From positions 2,383 through 66,382 of the forward strand of contig CAMBDS010000012.1 of NCBI GenBank assembly GCA_945865405.1: 64,000 nt of DNA. The letters are read 5' to 3'. The notes under the pieces are model-generated. The model was not told where the DNA came from. It searched no databases and saw only the letters and a list, made by a program, of their open reading frames with translations. Position numbers and translations under genes: made by a program. The first letter of the stretch is position 1. The number at the start of each line of letters is the position of its first letter. This document shows positions 30,301-39,300 of the stretch, piece after piece. This DNA comes from Caldithrix abyssi DSM 13497. GTDB lineage: Bacteria; Electryoneota; AABM5-125-24; Hatepunaeales; Hatepunaeaceae.

Positions 30301-33110
30301 AGATTGTATGACCTTGGTGTACCTCCGCGGATAAATTCAGCGGCAATGTGGTACTGATCTCCTGTTTTCTCGGTGAGGTTATAGGTTTCAAGTAGTTCCC
30401 ACGGTTCATCTCGTTCAGGTACTGGAGCAAATCCAATTTCAGGGTTGTCTATTAAATCTCCGCCACCTTGCACGAAGTAATCGATGTAGGCTTGAAAACT
30501 TGTAGGGCGATTGCCGGCGTTCCTAACGGTAAGCGCTACGTTTAACTGTTCGCCAGCCTCAAGCTCGCGCTCAAGGAATTCTGGCTCAACTGTTATCCTG
30601 CTGTCATACTCATCCATAAAGAAAGCACGTTGGTTATTCGGATTTGGCTCGATCCCGAAATTACCACGTAATTCCTCAAATCCAAGAGCAGTAACTACAT
30701 AAGCGTAATTACCTGAAGGAATATCGACAAAACGTACTACCCCATTGATGTCGGAGTTGGCTCGATATACTCCATTTAACACGACCAATGCAGCTGAAAT
30801 CGGTAACTGATCAGCGCTTGTTCTGACAGACGCCGTCAATGATCCGGTTTCCGGAGCGAAGAGACGAAGATCATCGATAAGCCAGCCCGGTCCAACATTG
30901 CTATCATCAGATTTGAAGCGAAACTTAAGCGTTACTGTCTGCCCTGCAAGTGCAGTTAAATCAAAAGACGAAGCGACCCATCCGCCCGAATTACCCGAAA
31001 AACCTGCTCCACCATCAAATACAAATATTGATCGCTCAGGATAACCAGTAGTTGGAACCAAAGTCTCCCAGCGATCACCATTGTCAGGGCTGAATTCGAC
31101 TCGGCCTCCATCCCATCCACCTTCACAGTTGAATTTGTGATTGAAAGTGAGAAATGTATGGGCACCTTCAGGAACGACAACACGTGGAGTCAGAAGCTCA
31201 AAATCTGCAAGATTTGGGTAATTTCCATTGAGTGAGGTCGCCCAAGCTCTCTGGCCATTAGCAGCACCTCCGGCAGGAGCCCCCCATGTCCATCCATTTT
31301 GACCGGGGTTAGCAGTTAAGGCGCCGTTGTTTTGTTCAAAGCCAAGGGTAACTGGTACGCGCCAAAGCCCGGTCGGGGTAACAAAAACCGGATCGGACAA
31401 TTCGGACTCACCATCAGGATCTCGATAGATGGCAGAAATAGCGAATTCGTATTGGGTTCCATTTGCCAATTCAATTGCCGTGTAACGGTGGCTGTTTGTA
31501 AAATCAAATTCTTCATTATTAACATATACCTTAAAGCCAAGTAGGTCGTCTCTTGCGGGCATTTCCTGATATTCGAGTCGAATTAGCTCCTGACGCAATC
31601 TGTAAATTTCATTTAGGATCTCCTCAGTCGGCTTTTGCTGGTTATGCGAGGTAAATGCCGCAATCTGATGCTGTAGCTCCAATCGCCGCCCAAGTAGTTG
31701 TTCATTCCTGTTAGGCATATCCCAAGCGAGAACCACCTCACCATCACCGGCAACTGCACGGAGATTGATAGGACGCCCAAATTCAGGAGTTGGTTCTCTA
31801 AAGTAATTGACGATTCGCCTGATCAGTTCCTGTTTAGTTGCACCTTCGCCATCGACGAGTCCTCCAAACTCTATAGATGAACCAACTGTCCGATAAACCT
31901 CTCCGCTGAATGCTACCATACCGACTGCCGTTTCGTCAGCATCACGAAAAGTTAAGACCTCTTGAGCATCTTCCATAACTCCAAGATGATCCATATAGTC
32001 ATTATCTTGAGCGCTATACTCATCAAAGACCAAACCCTCGGTGAAACTGCCATCAACACCTGCAATAGGCCCACTCGCCGAGTGACCATCGATGATACCT
32101 TCAATTCTAAATAGCGGATGAGCATCGGTGACGGGATCACCAGTCCAGAAATCTGATCCCTCAAGATAGATATTTCCACCGGATCGAGCGTAACCAGCCA
32201 GAATTTCGCCTTCAGCGCCGGTCAAGCGATGATAATTCCTGCCGTTTTGACCGTAATTACCAAGATTTACAAATACAGCCTCAAATTCACTCAGGTCATC
32301 TGGCAATTGCTGGTTCAAACGACTTTGCAAAAATGTGACCGAGTGATCTTCTGCATTAAGAGCAACTACCTGAGCGGCCCCAGATGGAGTTGAAGCACCG
32401 CCATTCCACACGAGAAAGCTACCTGGCCCGTGATCACTTATCAGGTAAGCACTTCCAGATTCGATTGCACTACCTTCACCATCATACCGAATCGTCAGCC
32501 CTTCACTACCATCAAAATTCTCAAGACCAACAGTACCGATGCCGACGTTAAAGTCATCGCCGATAGTTTTGAATTGTAAAACTACATCGCCATCCGGCTT
32601 GAGCACTATCTGCATAGTGATAGTGTTTTGTGGCGAGTGCCCGTTTTCGTTAACCTCGGGATAATCCTGATATTGTACTACAAAATTTCCTTCGCGGTGC
32701 CCAAAATAGACCGATCCTTCCCCCCAATCGGTACGAGGAGCAAGATTTTTCCAGTAGATGGCAACAATGTTATCAGGGGAATTATGGTTGGGAAGTTCCT
32801 GGTTGGCAGATCGACCATATTCGTCGGTTGGGCCAAAGCCTATCATGCCGTTGGAGCTTACGTAGACATTGTCGTAGAGGCGGCCGAAGTAAGGGAAGTC
32901 AAAACCGATGGCGATTGGACCGACAAATGTGTTGTCTTCCAGTTCGACAATCTGTTCACCGATATCTTCAATTTCGAGCCAACGGTAATCAGTTTCGTAT
33001 GAAAGGTACGGATTACCCTCATCTCTGCCAGGCATCGGATTACCGTTTGCAGAGAGCGAGAGTAGATTGAGCAGCAACAGTCCGGCAAGGAGCTGTGTAA
33101 AGCGTCGCAT
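24387..33110 (-). CDS. Giant secreted surface protein G2 (about 2907 aa from the preferred start), T9SS cargo; function unknown
   Basis: Preferred start is the ATG at 33110 (MRRFTQLLAGLLLLNLLSLSANG signal peptide, GAGGA 5 nt upstream), not the track start at 33233. Layout in order:
- a nidogen-like N-terminal region (FDFPYFGRLYDNVYVSSNGMIGFG; low confidence)
- an alpha/beta-looking region
- an FN3 with a helical insert
- two copies of a large lectin-like + CarboxypepD_reg-like + Ig + unassigned 240-aa block
- extra CarboxypepD_reg-like domains and FN3s
- one divergent copy of the 115-aa module
- two GWN...GY repeats
- the tail TYPNPFNSRTTIRFGLP... Confidence 0.9.
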   Translation of the reverse strand: MRRFTQLLAGLLLLNLLSLSANGNPMPGRDEGNPYLSYETDYRWLEIEDIGEQIVELEDNTFVGPIAIGFDFPYFGRLYDNVYVSSNGMIGFGPTDEYGRSANQELPNHNSPDNIVAIYWKNLAPRTDWGEGSVYFGHREGNFVVQYQDYPEVNENGHSPQNTITMQIVLKPDGDVVLQFKTIGDDFNVGIGTVGLENFDGSEGLTIRYDGEGSAIESGSAYLISDHGPGSFLVWNGGASTPSGAAQVVALNAEDHSVTFLQSRLNQQLPDDLSEFEAVFVNLGNYGQNGRNYHRLTGAEGEILAGYARSGGNIYLEGSDFWTGDPVTDAHPLFRIEGIIDGHSASGPIAGVDGSFTEGLVFDEYSAQDNDYMDHLGVMEDAQEVLTFRDADETAVGMVAFSGEVYRTVGSSIEFGGLVDGEGATKQELIRRIVNYFREPTPEFGRPINLRAVAGDGEVVLAWDMPNRNEQLLGRRLELQHQIAAFTSHNQQKPTEEILNEIYRLRQELIRLEYQEMPARDDLLGFKVYVNNEEFDFTNSHRYTAIELANGTQYEFAISAIYRDPDGESELSDPVFVTPTGLWRVPVTLGFEQNNGALTANPGQNGWTWGAPAGGAANGQRAWATSLNGNYPNLADFELLTPRVVVPEGAHTFLTFNHKFNCEGGWDGGRVEFSPDNGDRWETLVPTTGYPERSIFVFDGGAGFSGNSGGWVASSFDLTALAGQTVTLKFRFKSDDSNVGPGWLIDDLRLFAPETGSLTASVRTSADQLPISAALVVLNGVYRANSDINGVVRFVDIPSGNYAYVVTALGFEELRGNFGIEPNPNNQRAFFMDEYDSRITVEPEFLERELEAGEQLNVALTVRNAGNRPTSFQAYIDYFVQGGGDLIDNPEIGFAPVPERDEPWELLETYNLTEKTGDQYHIAAEFIRGGTPRSYNLVTTAGDFGSDTSHLYVMNRAGDVVNRLQLGNLNNNNMDGWGTRDLAYDGTFLYGSSTTAGELVRINPAAGGVLGREILTPLGVARAVAWIHEENSFWIGDRDDTWYKYRRIRVGESVLADRVTDHGLTGVVGMAWNPSDPDGACLYIHNQESDNGGAAIYRFNPRTRELIREIETATEEEGFAGGAFTTYLYDTQTWMLGVVIQGPDADVLKLYELWPKQNWVKTSPLVVQLAGGAETQLQVSFDARGRVDSELSANIELYDFMGGRVTNVPVTLLISGGSCSLEGVVSLDGEGALENVALTLNGVEANPDNEGNYGFFDLIPGLFQLTATLDGYDAFISDSFSISPNENLRRNFELAHIHRGILSGHINSAHNENGWLEGVDVAAINEDDNSVYGVGTTDAEGYYEITLPEGTYGVTPRLSAWHADRVNNIEIQDGGITELNFTMDDRLPMGSIRVNGNFDDRVAVIWDPPGTIGRTDSLRYDNGPINNAVFLRGRDDVIAVRFEPEDLYDITAVQIYMFRRGDFGFNGWQGWAAVPIQFKMWEEDPETGLPGEEIWSDYDQFRVATQWVTVRPADIRFRRGAFYVGWHQDMVRQVATFQATGLDGHLDHPDVTHLRIDGQWHRFNGLPGDNMIRAVVYSYREDAEERLAPRPLREVGDIGFNNEALSDRIEIARGPSIDSQLLASDASPPVEFVENEDPGRDPPNGYKILVDGQIVAEGDFPNYRYNFIEDTNGEDEEHTFQVVAVYDENIEMESDEIVGKYNMAPGVPTNIIVTNNGPNYTIRWNAPARNADNVQNCTDYAGCRVIINGQEVGRVNAPTLTFTAEMPEGDEGWYDLSLIAYDEVPNYSVPVTARVPLGLSQYFSFDGGAPPAVFTAAPFGKWARTSSLVNGPGSAHSGTFVWGTNQPSPRHYENNANWTLTTISEYLITSQNARVEFFHYLSAEAGRDGGQFLVSVDGGAYQLLTPIGGYPDQTVAAFQNRPAFTGEIPAWQIVSFDLSDYQGQALRFRWLFKTDNAIDWYSGWFLDDFVVWGGAPPVAAQIFGVARDQNGQVLAGVKVSNGRVSTQTNQQGNYNLIGLVPGFTNLSATLAGYQADVIETVLRARDNIRVDFELYRPLVTFSDQGLEVALGGNDRLTVNTTLRNESEISIPYVLRLMNQVPNRDSGTRSLRGTTETDPLRDQQGDINFDHDLTAITGLQRIMGAEYAADQIFVTSGDPIRGLSIAVLNRDGVLVRQFAQPQANRVGWGLRDLAWDGTYLYGSQNDSIYAITVDGQLHRVQPGAPLTVNRALAYSSEPDAFWCGEYDLPWYLVDRDGDVLQEWDGHGLTGVYGFGWNPGDPDDLPLYVANLEPDGGTKIYRSNPERGVIEETELQFVGPPTGLFVTGSWDANRWIMGVVVGRDSQHLLGVELNPRVSWITINPIEGELASESTQELTIDFEVPPGAEENDVYEADIMVRSFDGTVASLHVSLEIVSGFRHFDNPEVTENRSNIHVLSIDFYGSDLMVGSEIAAITPGGQVGGVVRWVEAPAEFIAYGGDNGFSQGDSMALVIWDSGSNEEYHPEVEYVTGDFHFRDNDEVEVRLVVRDPDRHVIRLARGWNLISSYVVPFELEVPIMFSEIRDREHLVIVKDGLGRFWTTRFDYNGLGPWNPLHGYQVNVNEDDSLVVTGRKIEFDTPIPLSLGWNTVGYLLDHPIDPRIGLEGIMQSLLLAKNGVGDFIAPRFGYFGIESLIPGEGYKIKVDRRTELVYQDEENRQQIAPLSIVPNLQSARSTGSDMSLLVTDAPASFLGNDVSLVAVSKRSGQTVGRGSLSSLPAGLIVRGDDTLTFEIDGAVDDELLAILAVKVNNVIAQFESDERVLKFSTDGFEAISLKATQVEIPSVLTLTPTYPNPFNSRTTIRFGLPILGKASTRLIDLQGRVVWSMSETQLEAGWHTYTIDAVTLPTGIYWLEIIVGQSMATEKLVLLR
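24390..24656 (-). other. T9SS type A C-terminal sorting domain of G2
   Basis: IPSVLTLTPTYPNPFNSRTTIRFGLPILGKASTRLIDLQGRVVWSMSETQLEAGWHTYTIDAVTLPTGIYWLEIIVGQSMATEKLVLLR. Confidence 0.85.
24675..24989 (-). repeat. Possible 13th, highly degenerate module copy immediately before the G2 sorting domain
   Basis: DMSLLVTDAPASFLGNDVSLVAVSKRSGQTVGRGSLSSLPAGLIVRGDDTLTFEIDGAVDDELLAILAVKV keeps the order SLL[IV] / G.[DE][IV] / G..G / [IV]..GDD / [IV].G...[DE]. All signature residues are weakened. Confidence 0.3.
25536..25859 (-). repeat. Unassigned module, divergent copy G2-M1
   Basis: RHFDNPEVTENRSNIHVLSIDFYGSDLMVGSEIAAITPGGQVGGVVRWVEAPAEFIAYGGDNGFSQGDSMALVIWDSGSNEEYHPEVEY... Confidence 0.65.
25869..27710 (-). 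repeat. G2 internal duplication, block B (about 614 aa)
   Basis: Block B runs FDGGAPPAVFTAAPFGKWARTS...GWFLDDFVVWG, then AAQIFGVARDQNGQVLAGVKV...QQGNYNLIGLVPGFTNLSATLAGY, an Ig-like domain, and RVGWGLRDLAWDGTYLYGS...HGLTGVYGFGWNPGDPDD...IYRSNP...WIMGVVVGR. Confidence 0.75.
29469..31352 (-). repeat. G2 internal duplication, block A (about 628 aa)
   Basis: Block A runs LGFEQNNGALTANPGQNGWTWGAP...GWLIDDLRLF (jelly-roll/lectin-like), then GSLTASVRT...NGVVRFVDIPSGNYAYVVTALGF (CarboxypepD_reg-like), an Ig-like domain, and MDGWGTRDLAYDGTFLYGS...HGLTGVVGMAWNPSDPDG...IYRFNP...WMLGVVIQG. It is collinear with block B. Confidence 0.75.
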
Positions 33111-33193
33111 CAGAATCCTCGTTCGATCGAAATTGACACACCGGCAAATGATTACGATACTACCGGTGAAGAATGTAAATGTCCTAACTACTA

Positions 33194-33223
33194 AATATAA
33201 TGCAAAGTCGGTTGACTTTACAA
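33194..33223 (-). promoter_or_regulatory. Candidate sigma70-type promoter for G2 (and probably S)
   Basis: The minus strand reads TTGTAA-N18-TATATT, about 80 nt upstream of the ATG at 33110. It lies inside the 41-codon N-terminal extension of the track ORF, which argues for the shorter start. Confidence 0.35.
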
Positions 33224-33307
33224 GCATCCTCAAAAACTATCTCGTATTTTTCGGGGTCAATTCTCAAACTAGTAGCTTACACTACAGCATTGAAAGGGAA
33301 AAGAGCT

Positions 33308-33338
33308 AGATAGGGGAGCATGAGATGCCCCCCTATCT
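33308..33338 (-). terminator. Rho-independent terminator downstream of the 2944-aa gene
   Basis: AGATAGGGG...CCCCTATCT is a 9-bp stem that extends into an inner GCAT/ATGC stem. On the minus strand it is followed by AGCUCUUUUCCCUUUC. Confidence 0.65.
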
Positions 33339-33364
33339 TTATACAATACCCGAACCAAGAAGCG

Positions 33365-36300
33365 CTACTTCAACATTGCACCTTTGACAATGTGACGCTC
33401 ACCATTTACTTGCAATACGAACAAGTAGATACCAGCTGAATTTCCTATGCCATCCCAGGAGAATTCATGCGTACCAGCTTCAAATCGCCCTTCAGTGATA
33501 GTTGCGATTGTCCGTGCGTGCATGTCATAGACATTCAGCTTCACATCTCCGGCATTGGGTAAGGAGAAACTAAGTTTGGTCTCGGGATTGAACGGATTTG
33601 GGTAATTTTGACTAAGAGATATTTCGGTCGGAAGTAATCTCTCTTCACCCGGTGCACTGAGTGGGGGGACGATAACGGTGCGTCTCTGGTTTGACTCACG
33701 CACCACCTGACCGTCTGAGACCTCTACCCACCATCTTATTTTGAGCGAATCTTCAAGACCAACCAAGGCGACTAAAGTATCCAGGCCAGAGATTGAGAAT
33801 GAAGTATCGGCTAACAGGCCTGAACGGAAGGTGCTGTCGATTGGTGCATCGATAAGTGCGAAGACAATCGAGTAGCGCAATTGATCGTTATCGTCATCAG
33901 AGGATCTGTTCCATCTAAAAGTACCTCGATAGTTTGCAAGGACTGCCATATCGACCGGCAAACGTAGATCGAAGCCATTCGGGTTGTCGTTAACTGGCCT
34001 CACAGTTACCCTGAACTGCTGGTTGACCTGCGCAGCCCCATCAGTCGCCGTTACTGTAATGACTACTCCGGCAGCCAGGTTGAAGTTGGCAATAGGGTTT
34101 ATGAACAATATATTACCATTCTCCAAACCCATCCCTAACTGCTGCGGAGCCCCGGCAAAGCCAAACTGCAATGCGTTATTATCTGGATCGGTAAAAAATT
34201 GCCTCAAGTCGGCAATATCAAACCTACCTTGATCTTCATCGACATCTACATCACCAATTTGGCCTTGTCGAACAGGAGGTCTGTTGACATTATTGACTGT
34301 AATCTCAACATTTATTACGTCAGTTAAACCGGATGCATCGCGTGCCTGGAAGACACCAACATAGGGATCTTGTCGTGCATCATTAAAGCCGGGAGTCCAG
34401 ATGAAGTTGGCGCGACCGTCACCAATGTCATTGAACTGCCAACCCTGAGGCATGCCACCGTCATCGATCAACTGCCAACCAATATTATCATCGTCTGGGT
34501 CAGCAGCAAGAAAGGCGACACGAAGCTCTGAGTTCTCGTCAACATTAACTCGAAATACTGCTTGATCACTCGGCTGTGAAATTACGGGAGCACGATTAAG
34601 GTTTGAGACAGTAATTTCGACCACGATTTCATCCCTGCCATTGTCTGCATCCGTTGACCTGAAGCGAGGAGTATAAGCCTCTCGACGTGCGTCGAATGGG
34701 ACATTCCAATCGAAGCGAGCCATATTGTTCTGGTTGTCGGTAAACTGCCACCCGTTCGGCAACCCACCAGCATCAACTAACTCCCAGACCGAATTGCCAC
34801 CATCAGGGTCGGTTGAGCGGAAATCGACTATCAGTCGTTGTCCTTCTTCTACTGCAACTCTATGTACATCAGCATTTGCCGGTTCAGTGATGACGGGATT
34901 TCGATTGACGTTTGCGACCGAAATTGCTAAACGCAATTGATCGTTGGCACCCGCAGCATCCGTAGCAACAACCAACGGAGTATAAGCTTGACGGCGAGCG
35001 TCGAACGGCGGCGTCCAAAGCAATGTCGCCGTACCATCCCTATGATCTGTGAATTGGAAGCCGTTTGGCATACCACCAGCATCTGGCATTGTCCAGACGA
35101 TTCCGTCCGCATCCGCATCATCGGCACCGAAGTCGATTCTTAGCTCAGCATTCTCATTTACGTTAATCTGGAAGTTATCTTCACGGGTAGGTTCTGAGAT
35201 TTCGGGAGCACGATTGAAATTATTAATGGTAATTGTTACTTCGAGATCGGCAACAGCTCCAGCTCTATCCTCCACCCGGAACACTGGTCGATAAACTCCT
35301 GCATCTTCGAAATCAGTAGCCCAAACAAAGGTACCCTCTGGACCTTCATGGTCGAAGGTTGCCCCTTGATTCGTTACGCGATCCGGTATCCGAAGGAAGA
35401 TCTCGAGTTCATCTCCTTCATGAGCAAGATCGAAATCGTCAGCGTGAAGGGCGAACTCGATTCGCTCACCTTCACGGACTGTAACTTCACGCACAGGATT
35501 GACCCAGAACGGTTGGTCATTCAATGGATTGACTGTCAAGACGAAAGTATCTTCAATCCGGAATTCATTGTCTTCTGCACTGACTACAATATTAAACGCG
35601 CCGTTGATCCGATCGGCGGGAAAGACAGAGAGGATGCCATTGTTGATTGCAGCACCAAGAGCGTCATCTGCGATGACTCCATAGACGACGTTATCACCAT
35701 CAGGGTCATTGAAGAACTGTGAAAGAGTGAAGAGGTCGGTTCTGTTTGCATCTTCATCGATATCAGTGTCCGGAAGCCCTTGAGCTCTTGGCGGTCGATT
35801 GACGTGGTCTATGCGGAATGAGACCCTTGCATCAGCCGATTCAGCGTTATCGTTAATACGGAAAGTAGCTGCATAATTACCTGCATCGTCAAATGACGGG
35901 CTCCATGTAAATGTAGCTGTTCCGTCGTGATGGTCTGTCAGGGTTGCTGCCTGTGGCAGGTTCGAATTGATCAAAGAAATAACAAGATTGTTATTGTCCG
36001 GATCAGAACCAGTTACAACGAAACGTACTTCACTGTTTTCACGCCCATTAACCTGTTCAGGGACGTCGTTCCAAACTGGCGGACGATTAACATTGGTGAC
36101 TGTCACCATAACGGCAGAGCGAGTCGTTAGCTCTCCGTCACTGACAACCAGTTCACCTCTATACTCACCAGCGTCTGTGAAACCTGTCATCCAGAAAAAG
36201 GATCCACGACCGCTGCCGTGATCCTCAAGAGTGGCTGACTCGGGGAAATTGCCTCGTTCGAAAGTAAGAGTTAGTCCATCTGAGTCGATATCAGATGCCT

Positions 36301-39300
36301 GTACGTCAAATTCGACAGAAGCATCTTCGTCGATCTCAATAACCTCGGCAGGTACATTCTCCCAAATAGGAGCGTCGTTAACCGGCAATACCGTCACTGT
36401 AAACGATTCGCCGATTTCATCGTCACGATTAGCCTCGCGCTCTATTGGATTCAAGAGAGCGGTTGTTCTTAGGTGACGGGAGGCTTGAGAATTCGCCGAG
36501 GATGAAAGCCCTTGTAATGCGTTCGCACGAAAAGCGGCTATAGCGACATTTCTTCCGTCATCTGCCGTAACTGTGACTTCACCATTACCAAAGAAGTTCA
36601 TCGCAGGGTTTATCCAAAGAACCCCTTCTTCATCGATGGCAGGCCTCAAGTCTTCGTTTCCAGAGACATCAAAGCTGAGTTGGTCGCTATCGGGGTCAGA
36701 GAAGACATCATTTAGATCAGCAACACGAGTCGCACCAGCGTCTTCATTGATTTCCAAATCATCGATCGGGTCAACGACGACCGGGGCTCTGTTTACATCG
36801 ACTACTGTCGCTTCTACATCAACTGACACGTCGCTCATAATCTCGTTGTCGCTTAAGAGATGGAAACGAATTACGTAGCTTCCTGCATCGTTAAACATCG
36901 GATTCCATACAAAGGAGGCAGTGCCGTCCTCATGATCGATAAACTCCGGAGCAATTTCTGGATTGGAGCCGATAAATTCAAACCCCATCTGGAATGCATC
37001 GCCATCGACATCCATTCCGACGACTTCAAAGCGTAGTTCTGTTCCCTCATCGAGACGAATTTCAGCCGGATAATCAACAAATTCCGGAGGAGCATTCACA
37101 TTAGATACAACTATTGTGACTTCGATCTCGGCTTCCATTTCACCATCATTAACCACAAATAATGGAGTGTATTCACCTGCATCGAGATAGTCGGTATCCC
37201 AAGTGAACGTCCCGGTACCGTCACCGTGATCAACGAATGTTGCTTGAAGCTCTAACTCACCGTTGATCATTCGCAACGAGAGTTGATCTTGATCTGAATC
37301 GGTTGCAGTCAACGTAAACTCTACGCGCGCTCCCTCAGAGCCTTGTACCATCTCAGGAGCATCAACCCAAACAGGAGCGTGATTCGGGTTAAATCCTGAG
37401 CCAATCAATGTGACTACAACTCTCGGTTCATTTCTGTCATTCGACATGACGATAAGTTCATCGTTGTAATCAATAGGTTCTTCAGGAGCGAAAATCACAG
37501 AGTAAGTTACTGCTTCTCCAGGATTTACAGTAACTTCGCCTTCGAAGTTGATGCTGAAAGGAGCATCGATATCACCGATGCTTAAAATCCTCAGAGCAGC
37601 AGTACCTCGATTTGTAATGACAAACTCCCAGCTCGCAGATTCTTCGACCGAGACTCTACCGAAATTGTGCGCAAGTTGAAGATCAATTTCCGGCTGTGGA
37701 AGAGTGTAAAGGTCGAGTGTAAGCACAGTAAAACCGTTCGGAGAGTACTCTGCAGGTCCCTCTTCGATAATCGATTCGACTCCTGAATACTCACGAGAGG
37801 CTGAGGCATCCCAATAACGGAACATCATTCTCTCGCCATTGGCGAAACCTTCAACCGGCTGGGTGTCAAGATCATCACCCCAAGCGCCGAACCCGAATGG
37901 CTGGTCGCCTAATTCTTGAAGGATTGCAACTCCAGCGCAGATATCGTTTGTTGTGAAAGCAGCAACTTCATCGCCAATCGCTAATGGCTCCTCATTAAAT
38001 ATAGCTGAAAGCACCAATATTGAATGATTAGCGTTTGTAATGGTATAGAAAAAATGGCCTTGACCTTCTGGCGTTGTCGAGCTCAACGTTAATACCGAGA
38101 ATGCATCTCGATGGTATATTCCTTCACCTTCATCATAGCTCGGAATCGCTTCAAATTCTGCGCGAAGCTCAGGAAGCCAAATTCGATAAAATAGAGCTTC
38201 GCCTTCGGTAAGACCTTCTACAATATCTCCTGTATTGGCATCGTCACCCCAGGCCGCCAAGCCGAACGAATACTCTTCTATACGAACCGATCCTGCGGTA
38301 ACGCCATTGGTCGTAAAAACTCCAACTTCCGCCCCTATTGGCAATCTTTCGCCATCGAGAGTCGCATCATCGATCAACAACGACATATTGCCGTCCGTCT
38401 GTTGAAACCGCCAATGGAGCGGGGATGCGACTGCTGAACCTACCAAAGAAATCTGAACCTGACCGTTGTCAGGATCATTGGAATCGAACATAAGAGTTGA
38501 TTGATAATCCCTGACTTCGGAAGGAGCGAATGTAACGTCAAGGATCATTGCCTCACCAACACCTACCTCAAAGCCTGCATCTGGTTCGATTTCGAAGCCA
38601 TCTCCATCAAAAGTCGGTGCTTCAACAGTGAGGATACTCCCACCGACATTAGAGATGGTCAGACGCCATGTTTCCCGTTCCCCAACTCCGATTTCACCAA
38701 ACAAATGTCGATTACTTGAAAGTACAATTTGCGGAGGAGATGGAATTACGCCAATTCCACTCAAATCAACCACGACTTCGTGATTGCCGAATGCATCTGA
38801 GGTTATTGTTAGGACACCAGCAAACTCACCAGCTTCCTCAGGATTAAAAGTTACTTCGATCTCAGCAGAGGCTTCAGATGCAATAACAAACTGACCGTCG
38901 AAATTCGTCACGAACGGACCATCGCTTACGACCATATCCTCTATTGTCAACACGCCATCACCAATGTTTGAAATGCTAAGCATCGCCGAGCGAGATTCAC
39001 CGCGCAACACAGTACCAAAGTTGAGATAATCTGCTCCGAGCGCAATCAAAGGTGTCGCTTCTCGTCGTGAGTTAAGTGAAACAACAGCAAATCCATTGGA
39101 TTGATAACGGCCATCACCGACCTCATAGTCAGCGATTGCGCCGTATTCCCTACCTGAAGATTGATCCCAAATTCTCCACTCGATTTCTTCGCCTTCACGA
39201 AACCCATCAGGGCCTTCCTGGTTGTTATCTTCTCCCCAAGCTGCTACACCAACGGGCCATTCGTCTGTCAAGAGTGTCGCCCCCGCACAGAATCCGGAGG

